Numbered from the stretch's first letter, positions 7,041 through 15,855 are shown. The stretch is 18,534 nt of DNA from Chlamydiota bacterium (GCA_037133055.1 JBAXOY010000058.1:1-18534); one strand, 5' to 3'. The notes: generated from the sequence alone by a model not told the origin. A program made the numbers and translations.

Positions 7041-7065
7041 CCCGCGGCGCCGTACCATTTATGCT
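7037..7065 (+). promoter_or_regulatory. sigma70-type promoter TTGCCC-N17-TATGCT
   Basis: -35 at 7037-7042 and -10 at 7060-7065; SD GAGGTG before ATG 7095. Confidence 0.6.
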
Positions 7066-7094
7066 ATGCTATATGACGGAATGAGGTGGCGACC

Positions 7095-7697
7095 ATGACC
7101 GACATCATTCGCTCAGATCACCGCCGCCGGGGGGCGGCGCTACGGGGGGCGGTTCTCTGCCTCGCCCTGGCCGCGGCCGCGCCCGCCGTCCCCGACATCA
7201 TCACGCTCAGGAACGGGGGAGTGATCAAGTGCAAGGTGGTCAAGGAAACAAAGGAGCTCGTCAAGGTTCGGATGCCGCACCGCGGCAGGATCGTGACCAC
7301 CTTCCTGAGCCGCGGGGCGATCGACTCCATCGAGAGGCTCTCGGAAGACGGGAACCGCCAGTTTTTCCAGGTCGCGGGGGTGCGCAACCCCGCCAAGACT
7401 TTCGAGCCCGTCTACTTCAGCGGGGGCAGGACCGCCTCCGCCGGAAAACCGGGTGCTCCGCGCGGCAAAGCGGCGGGGGCTAAAAGGCCTCGCGGAGTCG
7501 AAGAGCGCCGGAAGGCCGCGGAGGATCGGGCCAAGGCGAAGCGCGATAAGTTGAACACCTCGTCCGGCTCGTCTTCCCCGGCGGCGTCGAGCGCGCCGGT
7601 CTCACCGGTCACGACCGGCGGGGCGTCCACCACCGCATCGAGCTCGTTCGGCAGCAGGAGCAGCGGGACGAGCACTTCGATCTCGACAACGCAGTGA
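7095..7697 (+). CDS. Secreted hypothetical protein: small beta domain plus basic and Ser/Thr-rich low-complexity tail
   Basis: Signal-like GAVLCLALAAAAPA followed by DIITLRNGGVIKCKVV, a D-x-I-x-L-x-N-G beta motif common in exported proteins. Own promoter and SD. Confidence 0.7.
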   Translation: MTDIIRSDHRRRGAALRGAVLCLALAAAAPAVPDIITLRNGGVIKCKVVKETKELVKVRMPHRGRIVTTFLSRGAIDSIERLSEDGNRQFFQVAGVRNPAKTFEPVYFSGGRTASAGKPGAPRGKAAGAKRPRGVEERRKAAEDRAKAKRDKLNTSSGSSSPAASSAPVSPVTTGGASTTASSSFGSRSSGTSTSISTTQ

Positions 7698-7734
7698 TCC
7701 TTCGGAACTCCTTTGCCCGGACATCCTTCCCGCC

Positions 7735-8607
7735 TCAGCGCCTTGCGCCGAGGTACTTGCCGACGATCGGGGCGAGCCTCAGGACCGTCTCGGCGGAGAT
7801 CGCGTCGCGTTGCGTGATGATGGCGGTCTCGAGCGCTCGACCGCACGCGCACTTCTGAACACGCGGAATCCTCTCCACCGCCTTCCTGATGAGCCTCTTC
7901 GCGGTATCGGCGTTCTTCTGGAGATTTTTCACCACCTTCTCCACCGTCACCGCCTCGTGGTCGGGGTGCCAGCAGTCGTAGTCGGTGACCATCGCCATGG
8001 TGGCGTAGCAGATCTCCGCCTCGCGCGCGAGCTTCGCTTCCACGAGGTTGGTCATCCCGATCAGGTCGAGCCCCAGCGCCCGGTACACCGCCGACTCGGC
8101 CTTGGTGGAGAAGGCCGGGCCCTCCATGTTGACGTAGGTCCCGCCCATGTGGAGGGACGCGCCGATCTCCCTTCCCGCTTCGTGGAGGATCCCCGCGAGT
8201 GACCGGCAGACCGGCTCGGCGAAGGAGATGTGCACCGCCAGGCCGTCGCCGAAAAAGGTCGAGGCCCTCTTGCTGGTGCGGTCGAAGAACTGGTCCACGA
8301 TGACGATGTCGAGGGGACGGTACTTCTCCTGGAGGCTCCCCACCGCGCTCACCGAGATTATCCAGGAGACGCCCAGCTTTTTCATCCCGAAGATGTTGGC
8401 GCGGTAGTTGATCTCCGTCGGCATGAGACGGTGCCCAACGCCGTGCCGCGGCAAGAAGACGACCTCCCGGCCGTGGAGCCGCCCGATGACATAGCGGTCG
8501 GAGGGCGCGCCGAAGGGGGTATCGACCAGTTCCTGCCGCACGCCCTCGAGGCCTTCCATGTTGTAGAGCCCGCTGCCCCCGATGATTCCTATCCGTTCCG
8601 CGCCCAT
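7735..8607 (-). CDS. mtnP: S-methyl-5'-thioadenosine phosphorylase
   Basis: IGIIGGSGLY, TPFGAPSD, FLPRHG.GH, NYRANI, SAVGSL, MEGPAFSTKAES, GMTN..EAKLAREAEICY and VTDYDCW motifs. Confidence 0.95.
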   Translation of the reverse strand: MGAERIGIIGGSGLYNMEGLEGVRQELVDTPFGAPSDRYVIGRLHGREVVFLPRHGVGHRLMPTEINYRANIFGMKKLGVSWIISVSAVGSLQEKYRPLDIVIVDQFFDRTSKRASTFFGDGLAVHISFAEPVCRSLAGILHEAGREIGASLHMGGTYVNMEGPAFSTKAESAVYRALGLDLIGMTNLVEAKLAREAEICYATMAMVTDYDCWHPDHEAVTVEKVVKNLQKNADTAKRLIRKAVERIPRVQKCACGRALETAIITQRDAISAETVLRLAPIVGKYLGARR

Positions 8608-8608
8608 G

Positions 8609-9796
8609 TTATTTCCCCTGCCTCTCCGGCGCCGTGGACGCGCCCGCGAGCGCCTCCCGCACTCTCTCGAGCGTCGCCTGAAGCCGCGCGACCTCCGCGG
8701 CCAGCGTGGTCCGCTGCTCCTCTTTCTCTTTCACCTGCTGCGCGAGCGCCTGCACCTCCGGTCCCGGGGCGGGTGAGCCCGTCGCCGCGGGCGCGGCGGA
8801 CTTCAGCGCGCCGAGCTCGGCCTTCAGGGCATCCCTCTCGGCGATGACCTTCTTCAAGTTCTCCGCGGCGAGGGCAAGATTCTCGTTGATAGTGGAAAAC
8901 CCCTCCTTCGCGGCCGCCTTCGTCTTTTCGAGCTCGACCAGCTTCCCCTCGGCGGCGGTCCTGCCCTCGGTCTCCTCCTTCAGCGCCGCCTGCATCTCCT
9001 CGTTCTCCGCCTTGAGCCCCCGGACCGTTTCGTCCGCGGCGGAGGCGGCCTTCTCGAGCGCCGCGGCCTTCCGCTCCGACTCCCGCCGCGACGACGCCTC
9101 CTTCTCGACCCTACCCTCGAGTTCGCGCTGCTCCGCCCGCGAGCGACGGAGCTCATCGGCGAGGCGTTTCTGGGCCCCCTCGAGCGCCTCCACCTTCTCG
9201 TTGCGGGCGTTCAACTGCTCGACGAACGACGGCCTGACGATCTCCGGGAGCAGCCGGCTGCCGAGCGGCAGCATGCCCCGCGCGGCGCCCCCCCCCTCGC
9301 GCACGTCATAGATCATGGAGGCGACGAAGCCGACTGTGATGAGCACCCCGAAGCCCTTGCAAAGGTTCGCCGCCCCGCGCCTGCGCCGCAGGAAAAAGTA
9401 ACCGCAGGAGAAGAGCCCCAGGGGGATGATCCACAGGACGACGGGGAAGCGGGCGAAATGGGACAGCGCGCACACGAGCCCGGCGAGGATGTACAGGTTC
9501 CCGACATTCCGCAGAGTCCCGGCGACGCTGCGGTAGGTCCGGCGCGCATCGTACACGCGGGCGAAGACGCCGAGTTCCACGAGGACCAGCGCGGCCAGAA
9601 GGTCGGCGGGGGACCGTAACTCGCGCCCCGCGACGATGCAGGCGATGAGCGTGACGAAGAAAATCGGCAGCTCGAGCAGCAGCACGCGCCACTCGACTGA
9701 ACGGACCCAGCGGCGGATAAGCACACACAGGAGCGCGGCGGCCGCCATGGCGCAGCACAGGTACAGGAGATGTTCGCGGGAGCAGATCATGGTCAT
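8609..9796 (-). CDS. Hypothetical membrane protein (about 6 TM segments) with long C-terminal coiled coil
   Basis: Hydrophobic N-terminal half and E/K/A/L heptad-rich C-terminal half. AGGAGG SD before ATG 9796; stop is 1 nt from the mtnP start. Confidence 0.8.
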   Translation of the reverse strand: MTMICSREHLLYLCCAMAAAALLCVLIRRWVRSVEWRVLLLELPIFFVTLIACIVAGRELRSPADLLAALVLVELGVFARVYDARRTYRSVAGTLRNVGNLYILAGLVCALSHFARFPVVLWIIPLGLFSCGYFFLRRRRGAANLCKGFGVLITVGFVASMIYDVREGGGAARGMLPLGSRLLPEIVRPSFVEQLNARNEKVEALEGAQKRLADELRRSRAEQRELEGRVEKEASSRRESERKAAALEKAASAADETVRGLKAENEEMQAALKEETEGRTAAEGKLVELEKTKAAAKEGFSTINENLALAAENLKKVIAERDALKAELGALKSAAPAATGSPAPGPEVQALAQQVKEKEEQRTTLAAEVARLQATLERVREALAGASTAPERQGK

Positions 9797-9824
9797 GTAC
9801 TTTTCCTCCTCTTGACAGGCTCCC

Positions 9825-9853
9825 AGTGTAGCAGAAGACATGGGGACGGGCAA
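9825..9853 (-). promoter_or_regulatory. sigma70-type promoter TTGCCC-N17-TACACT with extended TG
   Basis: -35 at 9853-9848 and TG-C-TACACT at 9833-9825. Confidence 0.6.
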
Positions 9854-9893
9854 ACAGCAAAGTGCAGCGTGTTCGGCCTGGTGCTGTCGTTTT

Positions 9894-9930
9894 TCTCATA
9901 GGTCCTATAGCTCCTATAGGACCTATGAGA
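9894..9930. repeat. Palindromic intergenic element, copy 2 (perfect 17-bp stem TCTCATAGGTCCTATAG / CTATAGGACCTATGAGA, 3-nt loop)
   Basis: Perfect inverted repeat read directly from the sequence; same core as 2838-2866. Confidence 0.9.
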
Positions 9931-9960
9931 CAAAACGGAAAAAGGACGGGACCGACCGGC

Positions 9961-11058
9961 TCACCGGCCGCCGAGCCACAGCGCCCGCAGGAGCGAGGGG
10001 CGATGCAGGAGGAGGAGTGTGCGGGTGTTGCACTCGTGCGTGCAGCAGCACTTCTTGTCGCGCCGCCACGCGACGAACTCCCGTGCCGCCGCCCCGCGGA
10101 GGAGACGGGTCAGATCGCAGTCGAAGTCCCGCACGTTCCCCAGCGGGCGGTCGAACATCAGCTCGCACGGGAAGACCCTTCCGTCCTCGGCAAGGACCGC
10201 CTCCCGATCTCCCGCGTGACAGTCCATGATGAACCGCCCCTCCCTCCAGACGCGCTCGATGTACCCGCAGCGCAGCCGGCTCAGGCCGTCGCGCAGCCGG
10301 CGCGTGTATCCGCGGAGGGAGAAGAGGCCGCCGCGCGGCGACCGCCCCGCGTAGAGCGCCGACAGCTTCCGGTTCAAGGCGAGGTAGGTCTCCAGGTTCA
10401 CGCCGGCGGGGCGCGCCCCCGGGCCCGCGCCGCGCCACAGGTTGAGGGTGTGCGAATCCGGACTGAAATCCGTGAAGATGAACTCCGCGAAGCGTTCGAG
10501 CTCCCCCTGGTTCTCGCCCGTCAGCGTGCTGATGACCCCGACGGAGAGGTTCGGGAACTCCGCCCGGAGCCCCTTCGCGCCGCGAAGCGTCCGGAGGGCG
10601 GCGGCGTAGACGCCGGGCACGCCACGGAGGCGGTCGTGCAGGGCGCCGAAGCCGTCCAGGGAGACCGAGAGGCCCACGGAGAGGGCGGGCGAGATCCCGC
10701 AGATGCGCCGCACCGCCGGAAGAATCTCCGCGGTGCGCAGCCCGTTCGTGGGGATGGAAACGTTGGCGCACGAGGTCAGGCGGAAATAGCGCTCCACGAT
10801 TTCTGGGAGGTCGTTCCGGAGAAACGGCTCTCCCCCCGAGATCAGCAGGAAGCGGAGCGCGCCGAGCGACTGCGCGACGCGCCCGATCTCGTCGAGGGAG
10901 AGCTCGCGCGAGGGCGTGTTCACGCGGTAGAAGCAGTTCGCGCACCGGGCGTCGCACGCGGAGGTGACGAAGTGCGTGAGCTGGAACAGGCCGCGCCCGT
11001 GGAGGAGCACGTCCCGGGCGACGCCCGCGATCCTCGATGCCGTGTTCACTTTCGCCAT
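9961..11058 (-). CDS. Radical SAM protein with SPASM/twitch-type C-terminal domain
   Basis: CDARCANC (CX3CX2C), ISGGEPFLR, PTNG, VSLDG....HD.LRG, CHAG...DGRVFPCE...LGNV and C-terminal CCCTHEC. Confidence 0.92.
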   Translation of the reverse strand: MAKVNTASRIAGVARDVLLHGRGLFQLTHFVTSACDARCANCFYRVNTPSRELSLDEIGRVAQSLGALRFLLISGGEPFLRNDLPEIVERYFRLTSCANVSIPTNGLRTAEILPAVRRICGISPALSVGLSVSLDGFGALHDRLRGVPGVYAAALRTLRGAKGLRAEFPNLSVGVISTLTGENQGELERFAEFIFTDFSPDSHTLNLWRGAGPGARPAGVNLETYLALNRKLSALYAGRSPRGGLFSLRGYTRRLRDGLSRLRCGYIERVWREGRFIMDCHAGDREAVLAEDGRVFPCELMFDRPLGNVRDFDCDLTRLLRGAAAREFVAWRRDKKCCCTHECNTRTLLLLHRPSLLRALWLGGR

Positions 11059-11924
11059 GCCGCCTGTCCTTCAGCCCGGCGCTGGGCCAGAATCCCCGCC
11101 GTCCTGCACGCCTCCCCCGCCGCGAGGAGAGGCAGGAATACTATAAATGAGGCGATGTGCCGGGTAAACAGGTATCGCCGGAAGAGCACCGCGAGGCGCG
11201 GCAGGCACAGGAGCAGCGCGGGATGCCTGAGCAGCACGTTCCCCCGCATCGGGAACCGGACACGCGGGTGGACGAACGCAACGCCGCACCGGTACTGATT
11301 CCGGAAAAAGTCCCGGAGCCCCTCTCGTGCGGGCGCATGCGTCACCGTGATCGACGGGTCGAAGACGAGTGTTCTCCCGCGCCCGGCGAGCTCGGCGTTG
11401 AACATGGTGTCCTCCCCCGCTGTCGTGGGGATGAACTCGATCCCGCGTATCGCGTCCCGCCGATAGGCCACGTTCAGGGTCGGGATGGTCGGCACGGGCC
11501 CCGCGGCCCTCGGGAGGGCGAACTCGGAAAAATTGGACAGGTACTCCAGTTTCCCCGCCACCCCGCGGGACCCGTCGAGGATGCGCCCCCCCACCCCGGC
11601 GGCGCCCGGCCATCTCCCGAACGCCCCGATAATGTTGTGGACCCAGTCGTACCGCGGCACGGCGTCCGCGTCGGTGAAGGCGACGATCTCTCCGCCGGCG
11701 CGCGCGAGCCCGAGGTTCCTCGCCTCTCCCGCGGAAAGGGGCCGCGGTGAGCGGATCACCGTCACGGGATAGCGCGCGGCGGCCTCCGCCGAACCGTCGT
11801 CGGACGCGCCGTCCACGACGATCACCTCGTCCGGCTTAAGCGTCTGCCGCCCGAGCGCCTCGAGGCATCCCCCGATGGTCCCGCGCGCGTTGCGGCACGG
11901 AACGACGACGCTGACGATATGCAT
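11046..11924 (-). CDS. Glycosyltransferase family 2
   Basis: VSVVVPCRN, VIVVDGASDDGS, ARNLGL, AFTDAD (DxD) and GED motifs. ATG 11924 has a GGAG SD; the gene overlaps the radical SAM start by 13 nt. Confidence 0.92.
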   Translation of the reverse strand: MHIVSVVVPCRNARGTIGGCLEALGRQTLKPDEVIVVDGASDDGSAEAAARYPVTVIRSPRPLSAGEARNLGLARAGGEIVAFTDADAVPRYDWVHNIIGAFGRWPGAAGVGGRILDGSRGVAGKLEYLSNFSEFALPRAAGPVPTIPTLNVAYRRDAIRGIEFIPTTAGEDTMFNAELAGRGRTLVFDPSITVTHAPAREGLRDFFRNQYRCGVAFVHPRVRFPMRGNVLLRHPALLLCLPRLAVLFRRYLFTRHIASFIVFLPLLAAGEACRTAGILAQRRAEGQAAWRK

Positions 11925-11980
11925 CTCCGCCCCCTCCGGCCCCTTTGCTCTATGGTATGCTATCACAGTTCCGGAGGCTC

Positions 11981-13366
11981 ATGATGCGCTCTCCTTCCGA
12001 GTATCGCACGGGGCGGAGGTCCGCCATCCTCATCTTCCTCCTCGCCCTCGCGCTCAGGTCGATGTTCGTCGTGTACCCGCCGCGCGGCCCCCTCTTCTCG
12101 GACATGCGTGAGTACCACGAGAAGGCCCGCGCGATACTTGAAAAGGGGGCCTACGGCCACGCGACCCGCCCGCCGCTCTACCCGCTTTTCCTCGCCGCCG
12201 CATATCGCGCTGCGGGAGATGCGCGAGCCCCCGTCGCGTGCGCCCAGGCGCTCATGGGCGCCGCGGTCTCCCTTTTTGCCTTCGGCATCGCCCGGCGCCT
12301 CTCGGGCCCGCGGGCCGGGACCGTCGCCGGGCTCCTCGTCGCCTGCTATCCGGGCCTCATCGTCTACACCGGCCTCATCATGTCAGAGAACCTGTTCATC
12401 TTCCTCTTCACGGGCGCGCTCTGGCTCCTCGCGCGGGACCGCGCGCCGGATCCCGGGACGTGCGCCGCCGCCGGCGCCCTCCTCGGCCTCGCCTGCCTCA
12501 CCCGATCCGTGCTCGCGGGCTTTATCCCGCTCGCGGCGATCTGGCTCCGGCTCCGGGGAGAGCGCCGCGGGGGGGCGCTCTGCCTCGTCTCCGCGTTCAT
12601 CCTCCTCGCGCCGTGGACGGTTCGGAACTGCCTCTATTACCGGCAGTTCGTCCCCCTCGACACCTACGGCGGCTACAATTTCCTGATCGGCAACAACCCC
12701 GACGCGAACGGCAGGCAGGAGCCCGCCCTCCTCGGGAAACTTGGCGGGACATACTGGAAAGAGTGGCGTCTCGACAGGGGTGACGGCGCCCCTCCCGAAA
12801 TCATCGTCTGCCCCGAAGGGTCGGCCGCGGGCTATCGCGCGGGGATGCGGTTCATCGCCGCGCACCCGGGCGGGTTCCTGCGCCTCGGGATCAGAAAATT
12901 CGGCTACCTCTGCGGGCCGGAGGTCAGGGAGCTCTCCTGGGGTTACTCGATAAACTTTTTCGGCGCCGTGCCGCGCGCGGCGCTCCTTCCGGCCACGGCC
13001 GCGATCATCGCGGGTTTCCCGATCCTCTCCCTCCTCGCGCTGGGCGGCATCTGCTTCGGGGGCGCGGGACCGCGCGAGGCCCGGGGCGGATGGGCGCTTC
13101 TCGGGATAGCGGCGCTCTATTTCAGTGCCGCGCATTTCCTCACGTTCGGCGAGAGCCGGTTCCACCTCCCCCTCGTGCCGGTCCTCGCCGTCTTCGCGGG
13201 AAGGCTCGCCTGCCCGGGCCTTCGGAGAAGCACGGTTCGCCTCGCGGCCTTCGCCGCGGTCGCGGCGCTCCTGCTCCTCGACTGGTCCGTCCGCACGGGC
13301 GAAGACTGGGGGCGGATCCAAACAGTGCTCGGTCCGGGCGGGAATACCGCGCGCCTCGACTATTGA
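11981..13366 (+). CDS. GT-C fold membrane glycosyltransferase (ArnT/PMT-like, GT83/GT39)
   Basis: Multi-TM protein with SDMREY in the first loop, RPPLYP.FLA, SENLF, LTR, PWTVRN, GNNP and RFHLP. GGAGG SD before ATG 11981. Confidence 0.85.
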   Translation: MMRSPSEYRTGRRSAILIFLLALALRSMFVVYPPRGPLFSDMREYHEKARAILEKGAYGHATRPPLYPLFLAAAYRAAGDARAPVACAQALMGAAVSLFAFGIARRLSGPRAGTVAGLLVACYPGLIVYTGLIMSENLFIFLFTGALWLLARDRAPDPGTCAAAGALLGLACLTRSVLAGFIPLAAIWLRLRGERRGGALCLVSAFILLAPWTVRNCLYYRQFVPLDTYGGYNFLIGNNPDANGRQEPALLGKLGGTYWKEWRLDRGDGAPPEIIVCPEGSAAGYRAGMRFIAAHPGGFLRLGIRKFGYLCGPEVRELSWGYSINFFGAVPRAALLPATAAIIAGFPILSLLALGGICFGGAGPREARGGWALLGIAALYFSAAHFLTFGESRFHLPLVPVLAVFAGRLACPGLRRSTVRLAAFAAVAALLLLDWSVRTGEDWGRIQTVLGPGGNTARLDY

Positions 13367-15411
13367 CCGGACGGCAGGCAGGGATACCCGTACACGTCCA
13401 CGTCGCAGGCGAGCGGAGCGCGGGACGAGAGGGTAAAACGCAGGCGGTGGGGGCCCCCGCGGGGGATGCGGGGCAGATCATAGGAGTACGTGCTCGCGAG
13501 GGTGAGCATCTTCAGATGATACACGCTTCGCGGCGGAACCGGTTTCCCGTCGAGGAGGACGTCCTTCACCACGACCAGCTCGGCGCTGCGCACGGTGACA
13601 CACAGGGCGGCGGGCCCAGAAAATGCCCCGGCGGTCACCTCTCCCTCCAGCACGGCGGATTTCACGCCCGGCCTGAACGCCGGTTCCCAGTAGCGATAGA
13701 CCGGCGACGCGGAGGGGAGCGCGAACCCCGCGGCCCCGGTGGGGATCTCGAACACGCCGAGCCGGGCGCCCGAGGGGGCGCGCGCATCGAGTGAGGAAAC
13801 GCTCATGGCGGGCAAAAATGCCGCGACCTCGAACGGCCCGACGCGCGCACGCGATACCCGCGCGGGCGGGGGCGTGAGCGGCGCATCCGGCCTCTCGATC
13901 ATGTAGTGAAGTCCCCCGGCATCCTCCGCCTTCCCCTTCTCCCGTAGGGCGGCCTTCAGGCCGCCCGCGAACCATCCGACCCAGAACCCCTTGTCCTCCA
14001 GGAAACATTCCGCGTATGGGCCATGCAGTCGGCGAACGCATTCACCATAGGTCAGCCCCTCGCGCGCGACAAAATATCCGGCGAGCTCCCGCCGGAAGCG
14101 CGTCGGCATGATCGAGAGATAACGGAACCGCTCCTTCGCCCACGCATCCATGGACCTGATGTTCAGCCAGAAGCCCGGGAGGGAGGCCACACCCCGGCGG
14201 GCTGTCTCGGCCCGGAACTGCGTGAGGACGGAGACGTTCAGGACGGCGAGGATCGCCAGGTAGAGAATGACCGCCGCGCGCGTCACGGCCGAGAAACGGG
14301 GTCGAAACGGCACGCCCGCGCCCCATAGCGCCGACAGGAAGATCCCGAAAAAAACGAACGGCGCCGGATACGCGGCATCAAGATAGTATAGCCAGAGGCC
14401 GCCCCTCCTCCCCAGCGCGGCCGCGACCGTCCCCCCGAGCCAGATGAGCAGCACGGCATAGACCCGCGCCTCCCGGGTGACCCTCCGTCGCGCGAGACAC
14501 ATGACGACATGCGCGAGGGCCGCCGCCGCACCCCCGACGGCAAGGATGTTCTCCGAGAGAAACACCCGGTACCACGCCCCCGCGCCCGGCGCGAGCTCGC
14601 TCAGGAAACGCGGACCGGCGGTGAACCACGCGCGCAGGTCGGAAAGTAATCCCCCTCGCAACGCGGGCCCGCCCGCCGCCGCGGCCCCGCAGATGAAATC
14701 GAGCAGCCCGAGCGTGTTGCCCCATCCGTGCCGGTACTCGTGATACAGGTACGGGAGGCACACGGCGAGGACGGCCGCCCCTCCCGCAGCGAGGCCTTTC
14801 GCTCCTATCCGGGGGCGGAAGAGAAGGATCAGCAGGAGCGCAAGGGGAATGAACACCGCGGTGGAGAGGTGGAGCTGGAGCAGGACTGCCATGAGTGCGA
14901 TGGCCCACGGGAATGCTCCCGTCCTCTTTTGGACCACGAGATCCATGACGCACGCCCAGAACAGGATGACGAACAGCGGCATGAGCGTGGGGTTCGAGAG
15001 CACCTGCGCCCGTATGACCCACGGGGCGGCGAGGGCATACGGGACGAGCGAGAGCACCGCGACCGTCGCCCCCAGCCACCGCCGCACGACGAGGAAGAAG
15101 ACCCAGAGCGCCGCGATGTTCGCCAGGGATGCGAAAAGGAACACCCAGACGGGGGAGCCCGTGACGAGGGCGGGGATGCTCAGAAGGTAATAGTAGAACG
15201 GCCCGAGACAGAACGCCGAGGGGCCGACGGCGGGGCCAAGGAGGGGAAACTCGCGGCCCGAGGCAATGGCGAAGGCGCGTGTGAGATCGCGCGTCTGGTC
15301 TGTTACGGTCCAGATCAGATCGAGGCCGGAGAGACGGAGGAGTGCGCCGAGCGCGACCACGAGTGCGGCAAGCGCCAGGGCGGCTCTGCCGCAGCCATCG
15401 TTACCCGTCAT
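13360..15411 (-). CDS. GT-C fold membrane glycosyltransferase (ArnT-like) with extended soluble C-terminal domain
   Basis: LR...L....DQTRD, PLLGP, LGPFYYYL, NPTLMPLF and LQLHLS motifs with many TM segments. SD GAGGGAGG before ATG 15411 and extended -10 TGGTATAGT at 15438-15430. Confidence 0.82.
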   Translation of the reverse strand: MTGNDGCGRAALALAALVVALGALLRLSGLDLIWTVTDQTRDLTRAFAIASGREFPLLGPAVGPSAFCLGPFYYYLLSIPALVTGSPVWVFLFASLANIAALWVFFLVVRRWLGATVAVLSLVPYALAAPWVIRAQVLSNPTLMPLFVILFWACVMDLVVQKRTGAFPWAIALMAVLLQLHLSTAVFIPLALLLILLFRPRIGAKGLAAGGAAVLAVCLPYLYHEYRHGWGNTLGLLDFICGAAAAGGPALRGGLLSDLRAWFTAGPRFLSELAPGAGAWYRVFLSENILAVGGAAAALAHVVMCLARRRVTREARVYAVLLIWLGGTVAAALGRRGGLWLYYLDAAYPAPFVFFGIFLSALWGAGVPFRPRFSAVTRAAVILYLAILAVLNVSVLTQFRAETARRGVASLPGFWLNIRSMDAWAKERFRYLSIMPTRFRRELAGYFVAREGLTYGECVRRLHGPYAECFLEDKGFWVGWFAGGLKAALREKGKAEDAGGLHYMIERPDAPLTPPPARVSRARVGPFEVAAFLPAMSVSSLDARAPSGARLGVFEIPTGAAGFALPSASPVYRYWEPAFRPGVKSAVLEGEVTAGAFSGPAALCVTVRSAELVVVKDVLLDGKPVPPRSVYHLKMLTLASTYSYDLPRIPRGGPHRLRFTLSSRAPLACDVDVYGYPCLPSGQ

Positions 15412-15444
15412 GCGTCCCTCCCTCGGGGTACTATACCACTGCGT

Positions 15445-15594
15445 AATGACAAAATCCAAATGACAAACGAATGAACCGATGCTGAATGCCAATCCCCAGA
15501 CTCCCGGATGCGTACTCGAGTGTGGTCATTCGTTTTGTCATTCAGTATTTGTCATTGATCATTCCCCTGTCATTCGGATTTTGGCGTTTGTCAT
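15445..15594. repeat. Imperfect long inverted repeat built from AATGACAAA / TTTGTCATT units
   Basis: Left arm AATGACAAAATCCAAATGACAAACGAATGA (15445-15474) is nearly complementary to TCATTCGTTTTGTCATTCAGTATTTGTCATT (15526-15556). More TGTCAT units continue to 15594. Confidence 0.8.
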
Positions 15595-15604
15595 CCATTC
15601 GAGT

Positions 15605-15634
15605 CTCTCCGTGCTCTCCGTGTCCTCCGTGGTG
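15605..15634. repeat. 9-bp tandem repeat (CTCTCCGTG)x2 + TCCTCCGTG + GTG
   Basis: Read directly from the sequence. Confidence 0.85.
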
Positions 15635-15713
15635 ATGTAGTACGTTATGCGTTTTCTGTATCCTCCCGGCTTACGTCCAAAATAGTATAAAATAATCCAT
15701 CACAGATTTCTGG

Positions 15714-15742
15714 TTGACTTGCGTTCGCCGTTCGCCTATCCT
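15714..15742 (+). promoter_or_regulatory. sigma70-type promoter TTGACT-N17-TATCCT for the BMC operon
   Basis: -35 at 15714-15719 and -10 at 15737-15742, with an AT-rich stretch upstream. Confidence 0.65.
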
Positions 15743-15855
15743 TGGCGCGGCTCATCGTGCGCGCGCGGCGCGGCGCGCGGTCTTTGGAAACAGCCATAGC
15801 CACCATATCCGCGGCGTCTGACGGCACCCGCGGACACAGCGAAAGGGGAAGGCCC

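Noticed and set aside
9894..9930. Rho-independent terminator call for the two hairpins
   Set aside because: No U-tract follows the stem on either strand; recorded as repeat elements instead.
9862..11298. 478-aa plus-strand ORF and 344-aa alternate-frame minus ORF (9923..10957)
   Set aside because: Both overlap the well-supported radical SAM and GT2 genes and have Arg/Pro/Ala-rich shadow composition.
15445..15634. Possible CRISPR array
   Set aside because: Units are 5-9 bp and partly inverted, with no 23-47 bp repeats separated by unique spacers and no cas genes.
15742..15855. N-terminal extensions in the ORF track (BMC-T from 15742; also starts at 15492, 11966, 11945, 9853 and 1919)
   Set aside because: These starts overlap predicted promoters or repeats, and downstream ATGs have clear SD sequences and match domain boundaries.
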